From NCBI GenBank assembly GCA_963848295.1, contig CAWKDB010000010.1, positions 2,144,001 through 2,208,000 on the forward strand: a stretch of 64,000 nt of DNA. Reading direction: 5' to 3'. The stretch's first letter is position 1, and every line of letters starts with the position of its first letter. The DNA is from an uncultured delta proteobacterium (GTDB taxonomy: Bacteria; Myxococcota_A; Polyangia; Haliangiales; Haliangiaceae). The notes under the pieces were generated by a model. It was not told the origin of the DNA, ran no database searches, and saw only the letters and a list, made by a program, of their open reading frames with translations. The position numbers were made by a program, and so were the translations under genes. This document shows positions 28,994 to 40,026 of this stretch, in pieces.

Positions 28994-29646
28994 AGCTCGC
29001 CCTGGTCGTGCTCGCCGCATGCGGTACCGCTCGCGGCATCGCGCCGACCGCGTCGCAGCCGCTGCCGGCGGCGAAGTCGGTCGCGATCGACACGACCCCG
29101 AAGGAGCGGCGCCGCATGATGCCGCCCGAGGTCTACTTGCGCGCGTACCTCGGGTGGTTCGGTGGGCTCGTGCCGCTCGACGTCCAAGCGCGCGCGAAGG
29201 GCAAGGCGTTGTTCGACGCGTGGGACGACTATCTGGCCGCGCTCGGTCTGCCCGACTATCGCGTCGACCTGCCGCGCCAGATCCAGACCAACACGCTGAT
29301 GCTCGCGACGCTCGGGCGGCTCGGTGAAGCGTTGTGCATGCGCGCCGCCGAACGCGACCTGCACGGCAAGCCGCCCGCGGTCGCCGATCGCGTGATCTAC
29401 GCGTTCGACGTCGTGCCGACGCCGAGCCTCGACCAGTTTCGCGATCGGTTCGACGTCTTGCATCGCACGTTCATCGGCTATCCGATCGCGCTCGCTCCCG
29501 CGGATCGGCTCGCGAAGTTCTACGCGCTCTATCGAGCGGTCGCCGCGCGCCACAAGACCGCGAAGCGACCGCTGACCGGCGACGAGACCGCGTGGGCCGC
29601 GGTGTGCACCGCGCTCGTCCAGCATCCCGAAACGGAGCTCTACTGA
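28990..29646 (+). CDS. Hypothetical lipoprotein (DUF1501-operon partner)
   Basis: GTGA overlap, lipobox LAAC, C-terminal AWAAVCTALVQHPE. Confidence 0.75.
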   Translation: MKLALVVLAACGTARGIAPTASQPLPAAKSVAIDTTPKERRRMMPPEVYLRAYLGWFGGLVPLDVQARAKGKALFDAWDDYLAALGLPDYRVDLPRQIQTNTLMLATLGRLGEALCMRAAERDLHGKPPAVADRVIYAFDVVPTPSLDQFRDRFDVLHRTFIGYPIALAPADRLAKFYALYRAVAARHKTAKRPLTGDETAWAAVCTALVQHPETELY

Positions 29647-30995
29647 TGTTCACTCGACGCTCGATGTTGCAGCTGCTCGGCGGTGGCGCCGCGAGCCTCG
29701 CGCTGCGCCGGCCTGTGTGGGCCGCGACCAAAGCCGCCGCGCCCGGCGAGTTCTTCATCTTCATCCATGCGGCGGGCGGCTGGGACGTCACGCTGTGGGC
29801 CGATCCGCGCAACGAGCGCAAGGGGCTCGTCGAACCGGCCGCGACCGACAACACCGACATCGCGCCGCTGACCCATTGGAAGTCGACGCGGCTCGACAAC
29901 GACGTCGACACGTTCGAGATCCTCGCGCCGCATAACGTCGCGCTGCGGTTCGGGCCGGGGATCGGCGACCTGTTCGACTTCCGCGAGCGCCTGACCGTCA
30001 TCAACGGCCTCGCGATGAACACGGTGAGCCATCCCGACGGCACCGCGTTCTCCGCGACCGGACGTCACCTCGCGGGTGGGCGACCTCCGGCTTCGAGCGT
30101 CGACGTCGCGATCGCGAACGAGCTCGGCACCGACCAGCTGCTGCCGGATGTCGCGGTGCAATACCCGGCGTCGTTCATCGGCGACCGACTCGACCGCCGC
30201 GCGGTCCCGCTGCGCGTCGCGAGCGCCGCGACGATCGCGAAGTCGTTGACCCGCAGCGACGCCTACCTCGCCACCGACGATCGCGCCGCGATCACCGCGT
30301 TGCTCACCGACGAATCCGCCGCGCTCGCCGAGCAATCGGCGTATCCTGAGACCTATCTGCGCGCCGAGAGTCAGGAGACCGCGCTGCCGAAGTTGATCTC
30401 GGGTGCGCTCGAGAAGGCGTTCACCCAGAAGGCGCTGCAAGACGCGTATCCGAAGTTCGATTACAAAGCGAAGTCGCAAGGTCAAGGCGCGCTGTCCGCC
30501 GCATTCGCGCTCGAAGCGATCAGACGCAACGTCGTGCGCTGCGTCGGGTTCTCGCTCGGCGGGCTCGACACGCACAACCAGAACTACAAGCAGCAGGCGC
30601 ACACGCAGCAGGAGCTGTTCGCCGTGATCGCGCGGCTCGTCGAGCAGCTCGATCGCACACCGCATCCGAGCAAGCGCTCCGCGAAGCTCGCCGACCACAC
30701 CCATATCCTGGTGTTCTCCGACTTCTGCCGCACGCCACAGATCAACCTGAACGGCGGGCGCGATCACTACCCGAACAACTCGGCGCTCGTGATCTCGCCG
30801 AAGTTCGTCGCCGGTCGCTCGTTCGGCAAGACCGATGTCGAGCAACTCTTGCCCGCCGACGCCGGCCTGCCGTTCTCCGACGGCCCACGCCCGATCTCGC
30901 CGCCCGATCTGCTCGCGACGTTCGTCTCGGCGTTCGACATCGATCCGCGCAAGTATCTGCGCGATGGTGAGGTCGTGAAGGCGATGCTGCGGTGA
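29646..30995 (+). CDS. DUF1501-family Tat-exported protein
   Basis: TRRSML twin-Arg; GGWDV, GGLDTH, SDFCRTPQINLNGGRDH. Confidence 0.85.
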   Translation: MFTRRSMLQLLGGGAASLALRRPVWAATKAAAPGEFFIFIHAAGGWDVTLWADPRNERKGLVEPAATDNTDIAPLTHWKSTRLDNDVDTFEILAPHNVALRFGPGIGDLFDFRERLTVINGLAMNTVSHPDGTAFSATGRHLAGGRPPASSVDVAIANELGTDQLLPDVAVQYPASFIGDRLDRRAVPLRVASAATIAKSLTRSDAYLATDDRAAITALLTDESAALAEQSAYPETYLRAESQETALPKLISGALEKAFTQKALQDAYPKFDYKAKSQGQGALSAAFALEAIRRNVVRCVGFSLGGLDTHNQNYKQQAHTQQELFAVIARLVEQLDRTPHPSKRSAKLADHTHILVFSDFCRTPQINLNGGRDHYPNNSALVISPKFVAGRSFGKTDVEQLLPADAGLPFSDGPRPISPPDLLATFVSAFDIDPRKYLRDGEVVKAMLR

Positions 30996-32113
30996 GGCGC
31001 GCGCTGCTCGTGGTCGCCGTCGCATGCGCTCACGCGCCGCCGCCCGTGACGAAGCTCGTCGCCACCGACCTCGGCACGCTCGACAATGCGTCTGCGGTCG
31101 TCGGGCTCGGCGACGCGACGTTCGTGTTCCGCACTTCGGGCGTCGCGATCGTACGTGGTGCGGTGCTGGCCGCGACCGGCGAGGCACCCGTCGAGATTCG
31201 GTCGGCGACGACGATCGCCGCGCTCGATGGCGATGGTCGCTGGGTCGTCGGGATCGGCCGCGACGGCAGCGTGTGGCGCGTGACCCAGACGGCGGCCTTC
31301 GAATCGATCGGCGAGCGACTCGGGTTCGATGGCGCCAAGGTCATCGCGCTCGTCGGAGCGGGCAAGACCATCGCAGCGCAGCTCGATCATGGCGTGGCGT
31401 CGTCGACCGACGGCCATCACATGCAGATCGTCACGAGCGTGCCGGCGATGACCGCGTTCGCTGCTGCCGTCGACCGGCTCGCGTTCGCGACCGCCACGAC
31501 GGTGGAGCTGTGGGATCTCGCGAAGGCGACGCGCCGGTCGTTCGCGATCGCCGGTGCTCACTCGCTCGCATTCCTCGAGCCGGACAGCTCGGCACCGCGA
31601 CTCGTCGTCGCAACGGCTGATCAACTCGCGATCGAGAGCGGCGGAGCGTTGCGCCGCGTCAGCGCGCCCCGTGTGTTGTCCCAGATCGTCGCCGCCGGAC
31701 CGCGGCTGTGGATCGGAGCCGCCGACGGCATGTACCTCTACGATGGGCGGACGACGTCGCCGACGACCAGCGCGACGCACGCGCCGCGACCGCTCTACGG
31801 ATCGGCCACCGGCGACGTGTGGGTCGCGGGCAAACCCGGGTTGGCGCACTACGCGATCGCCGGCGCGACGACCGCGGTGCACGCTGCCGACGCCCGCTGG
31901 CAAGCGAGCATCGCCCCGGTGTTCCAACGCGTGTGCGCCCACTGCCATCTCCCGGGTGGCGACGCCGGCATCGATCTGTCGACCGCTGCGGCGTGGACCC
32001 TCGAGAACAACGAGATCAAAGACCGCGTGCTCGTCACGAAGACGATGCCACCGGCCGGCACCGTGCTGTCCGATGCCGACCGGCGGATAATCGAGGCTTG
32101 GCTAACGAACTAG
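30992..32113 (+). CDS. Lipoprotein, beta-propeller-like with C-terminal cytochrome c domain
   Basis: Lipobox AVAC; IAPVFQRVCAHCH...TMPP...RIIEAWL. Confidence 0.78.
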   Translation: MRRALLVVAVACAHAPPPVTKLVATDLGTLDNASAVVGLGDATFVFRTSGVAIVRGAVLAATGEAPVEIRSATTIAALDGDGRWVVGIGRDGSVWRVTQTAAFESIGERLGFDGAKVIALVGAGKTIAAQLDHGVASSTDGHHMQIVTSVPAMTAFAAAVDRLAFATATTVELWDLAKATRRSFAIAGAHSLAFLEPDSSAPRLVVATADQLAIESGGALRRVSAPRVLSQIVAAGPRLWIGAADGMYLYDGRTTSPTTSATHAPRPLYGSATGDVWVAGKPGLAHYAIAGATTAVHAADARWQASIAPVFQRVCAHCHLPGGDAGIDLSTAAAWTLENNEIKDRVLVTKTMPPAGTVLSDADRRIIEAWLTN

Positions 32114-32126
32114 ATAACGAGAACGA

Positions 32127-32819
32127 TCAGCTCGGGCAGGATTCGATCTGGCAGGTACCGGTGTCGCACGCCCAGTGCGCGCACTGTTCGCTGCCGTCGC
32201 TGCACACCCGGCAGAAGTCGGGCACCGCGCCCGAGCAGTCCGAGGCTTCGCTGCAGCTGTTGCTCGGCGCGGCCGGCAGGCAGCACTCGACGCCGTCGCC
32301 GCCGCCGCACGAGTATCGCGTCGCGTCGCCGATCGAGCCTTCATTGCAGCTGCCCGGCGACAGCGCCACGCAGCTACCGCCAGCCGACTCGCAGGTGGCG
32401 CCCGCATCGAACGTCACGAACGTCGTGGTGTCCGGCGCCTCGAGCTCGAGGTTGTGGGCGCTCGTGAACTTCCAGGTGTAGCGGTCGAGTGCGTTGCCGC
32501 TCTCGTCATAGAATCGGATGTACTTCTTCGTCGTCGTGGTCGAGTGCGTGAACAGGTACGTGCCCTCGCTGACCGCCGGCGCGCACGTGCCGCCGCCCGG
32601 GCACAGCACGAGCTGGCTGCGCGAGAACGTCATGTCGGAGTTGAGCGTGACGGTCGCGAGCGTACCGAGCGTCGGTGACGGGTTCGTGTACGTGCCCGAC
32701 GGCTTGCTCGCTCCGTCGTCTTTGCCGAGCGACGGGTCTTGTTGATCCGTGTCGTCGGTGCTGGAGGTGGTGCCGCAGGCGGCCAAGGCGATGAAGGCGA
32801 TACAGAAAAGCGTGCGCAT
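32127..32819 (-). CDS. Cys-rich lipoprotein
   Basis: LAAC lipobox, GKDD motif, C-terminal Cys clusters. Confidence 0.75.
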   Translation of the reverse strand: MRTLFCIAFIALAACGTTSSTDDTDQQDPSLGKDDGASKPSGTYTNPSPTLGTLATVTLNSDMTFSRSQLVLCPGGGTCAPAVSEGTYLFTHSTTTTKKYIRFYDESGNALDRYTWKFTSAHNLELEAPDTTTFVTFDAGATCESAGGSCVALSPGSCNEGSIGDATRYSCGGGDGVECCLPAAPSNSCSEASDCSGAVPDFCRVCSDGSEQCAHWACDTGTCQIESCPS

Positions 32820-32837
32820 GTTGATGCTCGCGCCCTG

Positions 32838-32853
32838 TGCACTCGCTATGCCC
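32838..32853 (-). promoter_or_regulatory. Candidate sigma54 promoter
   Basis: GGGCAT-AGCGA-GTGCA (GG-N10-GC) about 19 nt before ATG 32819. Confidence 0.45.
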
Positions 32854-33011
32854 GCTGTAACCGCGCGTTGCGCATCGCGTCGCGATCGGCGACTCGAGTA
32901 GCCGACGACGACTCCAGTTGCCAGTCGTGAACGCGGCAACCCGATCGGCCAGCGGCGCGACGAGAGTTCGCTCGTTTGCGATCGGACCGATTCCTGCTTA
33001 GCCCGGTCGCG

Positions 33012-34187
<1,176 letters not shown>

Positions 34188-34198
34188 TTCGCTGAGCG

Positions 34199-35551
34199 GT
34201 GGTGGACGGCGCGTCGACGCATCTTCTCTGCCCCAGCTGCGATCACGAGCCGCCGAGCTCGAGCGCGGCCGGCGATGTATGTCCGGCGTGCGGCGCCAAG
34301 CTCGTGGTCGTCAAACGCGAAGACGATCTGATCGGCACGGTCGTCGACCGCCGGTTCGAGGTGCGCGGCGTGCTCGGCTCGGGCGGGATGGGCACGGTCT
34401 ACCTCGCGTGGCAGCAGTCGATCGGCCGCGAGATCGCGCTCAAGGTGCTCGATCGCTCGTTCTCTCACGATGTCGGGATGACGAAGCGGTTCCTGCGCGA
34501 GGCGCGGCTCGCGAGCAGCTTGTCGCATCCCAATACGGTGAGCATCATCGACTTCGGCCAGGCCGAGGACGGCCGGTTGTTCATCGCGATGGAGCGGCTG
34601 CGCGGCGTGACGCTCGCGCGCGTGCTGCTCGACGACGGCGCGCTGACGTTCGAGCGCGTCGCACGGATCGGCGTTCAGCTGTTCGACACGCTCGCGACGG
34701 CGCACAAGCAGCAGATCATCCATCGCGATCTCAAGCTCGAGAACATCATGCGGATCGACGACGCGCGCGGCGATCACATCAAGGTGCTGGACTTCGGGCT
34801 CGCGAAGTCGCTGATCGAGCGCGACCCGACCGACACCCAGGCCGGCACGATCATGGGCACGCCGCAGTACATCGCCCCCGAGGCGATGACCGGCGTGCCA
34901 CCGAGCGCGACGAACGATCTCTACGCGGCGGGCGTCGTGCTCGGCGAGCTGATCACCGGACGCGAGCTGTGGGAGCCGGCCGAGATCCACCAGCTGCTCG
35001 ACCGCAAGCTGACCGTGAAGCCCGAGCTCAGCGCCGCGCCGAGCGCGCTGCGCGATCTGATCATGCGGCTCGTCGATCCCGATCCGACGAAGCGTCCGAG
35101 CACCGCGGCGGGGGTCTCCGACGAGCTCCAGCGCATGCTCGAGGCGGCGCGGACGCCGGGCGCGATCCAGATCTCGTTCCGCGGCCAACCGACGACGATC
35201 TCGCCGTCGATCGCGAGCGTCGAGGAGCGTCCCGACTCGGCGCCCGCGGTGCTGACGATGGCGGACGTGACGGATCTCGACGAGCGCGAAGGCGCGCGGC
35301 CCAAGCGCGGCACGAAGCCGCCGCTGCCCCCCGAGCAGGCGATGTTGTTTCGCAAGGACGCCGACCTGCCCGAGCTCGAGCTCGAGAAGGAATGGCAGGA
35401 CCGCCGCCGGCCGAGCGCCGCGCCGCCGAACCGACCGCTCGCCGGCTCGCAGCGTCCTGCGCCCGCTCGCCGGTCGAGGCTGCCGTTGATCGCGATCATC
35501 ATCGTGTTGCTCGCAGGCGCAGCGATCGCGGCGTACATCTTGCGGCGTTAA
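34199..35551 (+). CDS. Ser/Thr protein kinase with N-terminal Zn-ribbon and C-terminal TM helix
   Basis: CPSC..CPAC; LGSGGMG, HRDLKLEN, DFG, GTPQYIAPE. Confidence 0.92.
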   Translation: MVDGASTHLLCPSCDHEPPSSSAAGDVCPACGAKLVVVKREDDLIGTVVDRRFEVRGVLGSGGMGTVYLAWQQSIGREIALKVLDRSFSHDVGMTKRFLREARLASSLSHPNTVSIIDFGQAEDGRLFIAMERLRGVTLARVLLDDGALTFERVARIGVQLFDTLATAHKQQIIHRDLKLENIMRIDDARGDHIKVLDFGLAKSLIERDPTDTQAGTIMGTPQYIAPEAMTGVPPSATNDLYAAGVVLGELITGRELWEPAEIHQLLDRKLTVKPELSAAPSALRDLIMRLVDPDPTKRPSTAAGVSDELQRMLEAARTPGAIQISFRGQPTTISPSIASVEERPDSAPAVLTMADVTDLDEREGARPKRGTKPPLPPEQAMLFRKDADLPELELEKEWQDRRRPSAAPPNRPLAGSQRPAPARRSRLPLIAIIIVLLAGAAIAAYILRR

Positions 35552-35589
35552 TGATGTCCTAACCCGCAAGAGACGCGAGTTGCGATGAC

Positions 35590-37176
35590 ATGATCTCGGT
35601 GCGGCGGGTCGCGATGGCCGGGGTCCTGGCGGCGTGCTCGACGTTGCCGTATCCACCGAAGCCGATCGCGGGCGCCGATACGCCACCGATCGTCGAGCCG
35701 CTCGCGCCCGCGATCGCGCTGGGCGCCGATAGCCTTCAAGTCGCCGACTACGGCGTCGCGCCGACGCTCCGCGCGAGCGACGCGACGAGCGATCGCATCG
35801 CCGAGCTTCTCGTCGCGCGCGTACGCGGCCGCGCGACGTTGACTCGCGACCCGCGGCTCGATCTCGCCGCGGCCGAGCTCGCCGAGGTCGTGGATCGTGG
35901 CGGTTCGCTCGGCGACGAGGCGGTGGCCTTCGCGTTGCGCGAGCACGGCGTGCTGGAATCCGCGGTGCGAGTCGCGAGCTCGCGCGCGACGACCCCGGAC
36001 GCGCGCGCCCGCGAGCTCGACCCTCAGCTCGCCGAGGTCATCGTCCGCCCGGACATGCAGTTCGGGGTCGGCGGTCACGCGTCGCGCGTCGTGGTCGTGA
36101 CGAATCCGATCACCGTGCGGCTCACGCAGCCGTTGCCGCGCTCGCTGCCGTCGGCCGGTGTCGCGCAGCTCGATGCCGTGCTCGACAGCCGCTTGCACGC
36201 GCCGCACGTCGCGTTCACGCACGAGGACACCACCGTCGATCATCCGCACATGTTCGCCGCCGGCGATCATCGCTTTCACGCCGAGCTCGCGTGCGGCGCG
36301 CACCGCGGCACGCAGTGGCTCGCGATCGATGCGTGCGATGCGTCGAATGTCCAGCACCTGGTCGCGGTGATCCCGATCGAGTGCGCCGAGCCGCCACCGG
36401 ACACCTTGCTGATCGAGCCGGACGCCAACCTCGTCACCTCGGATCCGGCGCGCCGGCTCACGTCGATCATCAACCGCGAGCGCAGGAAGTACGGCTTTCA
36501 CGCGTTGCGCGGCGATATCCGGCTCGACCGGGTGGCCCGTGCGCATGCCGACGCGATCGCGAAGGCGCGCGAGGTCTCGCACGACCGGGGCGGCTCGCCA
36601 GAGCGCCGACTCTACGACGCCGGCTTGTTTCCGCCGGTCAGCGTCGAGACCGCGCTCGCGAACGCGAACCTCGGTCGGGTCGCCGCGCAGCTGATGAACG
36701 AGCCCGGCTACCGCTCGGCGGTCGCGCGCGAAGACCTGACCCACGTCGGCGTGGCGCTCGCGACCGGAGCGGATCACCAGCTCTATGCGGTAGTCGAGCT
36801 CGCCGGGATCCCGCCGCGAGTACCGGAAGACAGAGTGAAGGCACTCGTAGCAGACCTCTTGGGTTACGGACGACCGATCGGAGGACCGGAAGGCGACCTA
36901 CCGGCGATTGCGCGCCGAGCAGTCGAGGCCCGAGCGTCGGGCGCGACGAAGGAGCAGATCGCCGACTACGTGATCACTTCCGCGAAGGCGGATCGGTGCA
37001 CGTCAACCTCGTTCATCTATGTGAACTTCCCAAGCCTGGCTGCGATCACCGCTGATGCACTCGAAGTCAGAGCCTATTTCACTGACCTCGGCATCGGCGT
37101 CTACCAACAGGCTCCGGGCGGAACGATGCCCGGTTGGATCTGGGTCGCCATTGTCTACGGGGCTCACTGCAAATAG
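35590..37176 (+). CDS. CAP/SCP-domain lipoprotein
   Basis: LAAC; INRERRKYG..L...LDRVARAHA...MNEPGYR...THVGVA. Confidence 0.78.
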   Translation: MISVRRVAMAGVLAACSTLPYPPKPIAGADTPPIVEPLAPAIALGADSLQVADYGVAPTLRASDATSDRIAELLVARVRGRATLTRDPRLDLAAAELAEVVDRGGSLGDEAVAFALREHGVLESAVRVASSRATTPDARARELDPQLAEVIVRPDMQFGVGGHASRVVVVTNPITVRLTQPLPRSLPSAGVAQLDAVLDSRLHAPHVAFTHEDTTVDHPHMFAAGDHRFHAELACGAHRGTQWLAIDACDASNVQHLVAVIPIECAEPPPDTLLIEPDANLVTSDPARRLTSIINRERRKYGFHALRGDIRLDRVARAHADAIAKAREVSHDRGGSPERRLYDAGLFPPVSVETALANANLGRVAAQLMNEPGYRSAVAREDLTHVGVALATGADHQLYAVVELAGIPPRVPEDRVKALVADLLGYGRPIGGPEGDLPAIARRAVEARASGATKEQIADYVITSAKADRCTSTSFIYVNFPSLAAITADALEVRAYFTDLGIGVYQQAPGGTMPGWIWVAIVYGAHCK

Positions 37177-37270
37177 CTGCGCTCGAGGGCGGCCCGCCCG
37201 GCCTGTGGACGATGACGCTCGTGACGCACAGCCACCAAGAGGCTCGGCACCGCCAAGGTGAGACGGCGCG

Positions 37271-38482
37271 TCACATCGAGAAGGCACCAGGCAGCCGCCG
37301 CTCGCGGGCTCCCGCCTTCTCGCGCAACGCTGCGCGGATCAAGGCTTCCAAGGTCGCCGCCGGCTTCGCGCGCTCGACCATCTGACTCGCGACCGCTCTG
37401 GGATAGCCCAGTTGCGTGAGCGCCTGCTTTGCCTCGACTCTCATCGCTTCGAGCTCGTAGCGATCCCCCACGGGGGGCGCGCCGCGGGTGACCTCGAGCT
37501 TCGACGTGGGGCCGGTGATCCTGAACGCGCCGGCGTGAAGCTCGCGATGGTGCAAGCTGCACATCACGACCAAGTTCTCGGCGTCATGACCGCCGCCGTC
37601 GGCGCGCGCGATGAGGTGATGAACGTCGACGAAGCGCTTCGCGCGACAACCGGGCACGACGCATGTGCCGCCGTCGCGATGGAACACGAAGCGCCGGGTC
37701 TTCGGCGGGATGTCTTGCTTCGCGCGGTGATCGGCGCCGATGCGTTGTGCATCGCAGTTTGCGCGCTCGACATCGACGTGATCGAGTGGCGCGCCGCGCT
37801 CGCACGAGGAGCAGATCGTCGCCCGGATCTGAAACTTCGCGCGCCCGTGATCCGCGGCTTCGCGGCCCGCGAGCACCGCGTTGCATAGCGCCTCGACCAG
37901 CGCGTCGTCTTCGAGTTGACCGCCGTGCTCGTCGGCGAGCTGGCGCTGGACCTGGCGCAACAGCTCGAGCGTCGCCGGTCGCACCTTGAACGACACGACG
38001 CGCGGCGCGAGGCTCGGATCTTCCGGATCGCTCGGCCGGTCGCCTCTCTGGTGCTTGGCGACCAGCTCTTCGACCTGGCGCAGGTTCTTGCCGCGCACCG
38101 CGTCGATCCACTCGGGCTCGGTCTCTCGCGTAGCCACGCGCGTCAGCTCACGCACCGCCGAGTAGCTCAGCTCGCCGCTCGCGAGCGCGGTCGCGAGCTC
38201 GGGCATCTCCTCGAGCGCGGTCGCGATGCGAATCCGTTCGCGCGCGATCTTCGGGCCGTAGCCGAGCACCTGTTCGAGATATTCGAACAGCGACGCGTTG
38301 CCGACTCGCCGCCAGACTTCGTGGCGCGCCGCATCGCACAGCAGCATCGCTTCATCGCTATCGAGCGCACCGCGCCGCTTCGCGATCGCGCGCAGCTGGC
38401 GATCGATCAGCTTCCAGCGCGGCGTCGCGGCTGCAGTTCCCGTCGTCTCGCCCACGTCGTTCGTCTTCGACCCATCAAACAT
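37271..38482 (-). CDS. HNH endonuclease with DUF222-like N-terminus and RuvA-C-like tail (probable selfish element)
   Basis: ALASGELSYSAVRELTRVA; RDGGTCVVPGC...VHH.....GGGH..ENL..MC..HH..LH; EAKQALTQLGY...LIRAALR; SD GGGAGGA. Confidence 0.85.
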   Translation of the reverse strand: MFDGSKTNDVGETTGTAAATPRWKLIDRQLRAIAKRRGALDSDEAMLLCDAARHEVWRRVGNASLFEYLEQVLGYGPKIARERIRIATALEEMPELATALASGELSYSAVRELTRVATRETEPEWIDAVRGKNLRQVEELVAKHQRGDRPSDPEDPSLAPRVVSFKVRPATLELLRQVQRQLADEHGGQLEDDALVEALCNAVLAGREAADHGRAKFQIRATICSSCERGAPLDHVDVERANCDAQRIGADHRAKQDIPPKTRRFVFHRDGGTCVVPGCRAKRFVDVHHLIARADGGGHDAENLVVMCSLHHRELHAGAFRITGPTSKLEVTRGAPPVGDRYELEAMRVEAKQALTQLGYPRAVASQMVERAKPAATLEALIRAALREKAGARERRLPGAFSM

Positions 38483-38747
38483 GAGATCCTCCCTTCGGGT
38501 TCGACGACCGTTCTAGCACTGGGTTTTTCGGCGCAGCCTCGTGCGTTCTCATCGACGATTCGCGAGATTTCGAACCGCGGGCGGCGCACCGCGACGAACG
38601 CTTGCAGAACGAAAGCGATCGCGTCTCGCGGTGAATCAGTGCGCGCTTCCGATCACGCGCGCGCTGCGCAGAATTTGGTCGTCAAGCGACTTGTTCCAAC
38701 AATCGACATCCACCCGACACACAGCGCGACAACGCTCGCGACTTCGC

Positions 38748-38910
38748 CCCACGTGGGCCGCAGATCCGATCCGCTCTGCTTCTGCCCGATGCCATCTGCA
38801 TCGGTCTTCGGCGGCCACTCATCGCGGCAAGGCGAGCAGCATCTTGTGAGCGGCGATCGTCGCGATGCCTCCGCCGCGCCACGTGGGCCGCCCGGGTAAA
38901 TCCGATCTGC
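38748..38910. repeat. Paired palindrome-containing direct repeats upstream of the HNH gene
   Basis: ccacgtgggccgc at 38749 and 38879, each followed by atccgatc..ctgcttc. Confidence 0.6.
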
Positions 38911-38922
38911 TTCCCGCCGCCG

Positions 38923-40017
38923 CTACTCCGCGACGAAGTTCTTCCACCGCGTCAGGTACTGCGCGAACTGCGGCGAGACGGCGCGATCGAGGAGCTCGGC
39001 GCGCGTGATCGGCGGGCGCTTCGGCTCCCAGCCGGGTTGCACGGCGAGCTTGGGCCAATCGGGGTTGAGGATCGCGGCGCGGCCGAGCGCCACGAGATCG
39101 GCGCCGCGCTCGAGCACGCTGCGCGCTTCGTCGGCGGTCCAGATCGAGCCGGCGGCGATCACCGCGACCTCGCGCGGGACGGCTTCGCGCACCGCGGCGA
39201 TCGGATGGACGTCGGGCCGCTTCTTCGTGTTCGGCGCGAAGTTCCACAGCGAGGCGTGGATCCAATCGGCGCCGTCGGCGGCGAGGCCGCGCGCGATCGC
39301 GAGGCTCTCGTCGAGATCGAGGCCGCGCGCCTGGCCCCAATCTTCGAATGACAGCCGGACGCCGACCGCGAAGCCGCGATCGACGCGCGCCCGCACCGCG
39401 CGCATGACCTCGCGGACCAACCGCGCGCGGCCGGTGGCGTCGCCGCCCCAGCCGTCGCTGCGCGGGTTCATCGTCGCCGACATGAACTGGCCAAGCAGGT
39501 AGCCGTGCGCGCCGTGGAGCTCGACGCCGTCGAACCCGGCGCGCTCGCACCGCGCGGCGGCCGCGGCGAACTGATCGATGACGCGCGTGATGTCCTCGAT
39601 CGTCGCCGCACGCGGCGGCTCGAACGCCGGCGCGTCTTCGTGCCACGTGCTCGCGCTCCACACCGGCGAGCCTGACAGCGCCGACGACGCTCGTACGCCG
39701 CCGTGGAAGATCTGCGCGATCGCCGCCGCGCCGCCGCGCTTGAGCCGCGCCGCGAGCCGGGTCAGCCCGGGGAGCTCGTCATCGCGATCGACGCCGAGCT
39801 CGCCCGCCCATGCTTTGCCGTCGAGCGACACGTTCGCGGCGCAGGTCTCGATCAAGCCGAACCCGCCGTCGGCGCGCCGCGCGAGCCAATCGAGCTCGTC
39901 GTCGCCGAGCGAACCGTCGGCGAGCGACTGACCGTTCGTCATCGGCGCGAGCGCGATCCGGTTCGGCACGACGAGGCCGCAGCGCAACGTGATCGGCTCG
40001 TACAACGGCTCGGGCAT
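38923..40017 (-). CDS. NADH:flavin oxidoreductase (Old Yellow Enzyme family)
   Basis: NRIALAPMT, QIFHGG, GFDGVELHGAHGYLL, R.DGWGG, LGRAAILNPDW. Confidence 0.93.
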   Translation of the reverse strand: MPEPLYEPITLRCGLVVPNRIALAPMTNGQSLADGSLGDDELDWLARRADGGFGLIETCAANVSLDGKAWAGELGVDRDDELPGLTRLAARLKRGGAAAIAQIFHGGVRASSALSGSPVWSASTWHEDAPAFEPPRAATIEDITRVIDQFAAAAARCERAGFDGVELHGAHGYLLGQFMSATMNPRSDGWGGDATGRARLVREVMRAVRARVDRGFAVGVRLSFEDWGQARGLDLDESLAIARGLAADGADWIHASLWNFAPNTKKRPDVHPIAAVREAVPREVAVIAAGSIWTADEARSVLERGADLVALGRAAILNPDWPKLAVQPGWEPKRPPITRAELLDRAVSPQFAQYLTRWKNFVAE

Positions 40018-40026
40018 CGCGGCAGG

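Noticed and set aside
37271..38482. IscB/Cas9-like RNA-guided nuclease
   Set aside because: No PLMP or split RuvC motifs; the architecture fits DUF222-like HNH
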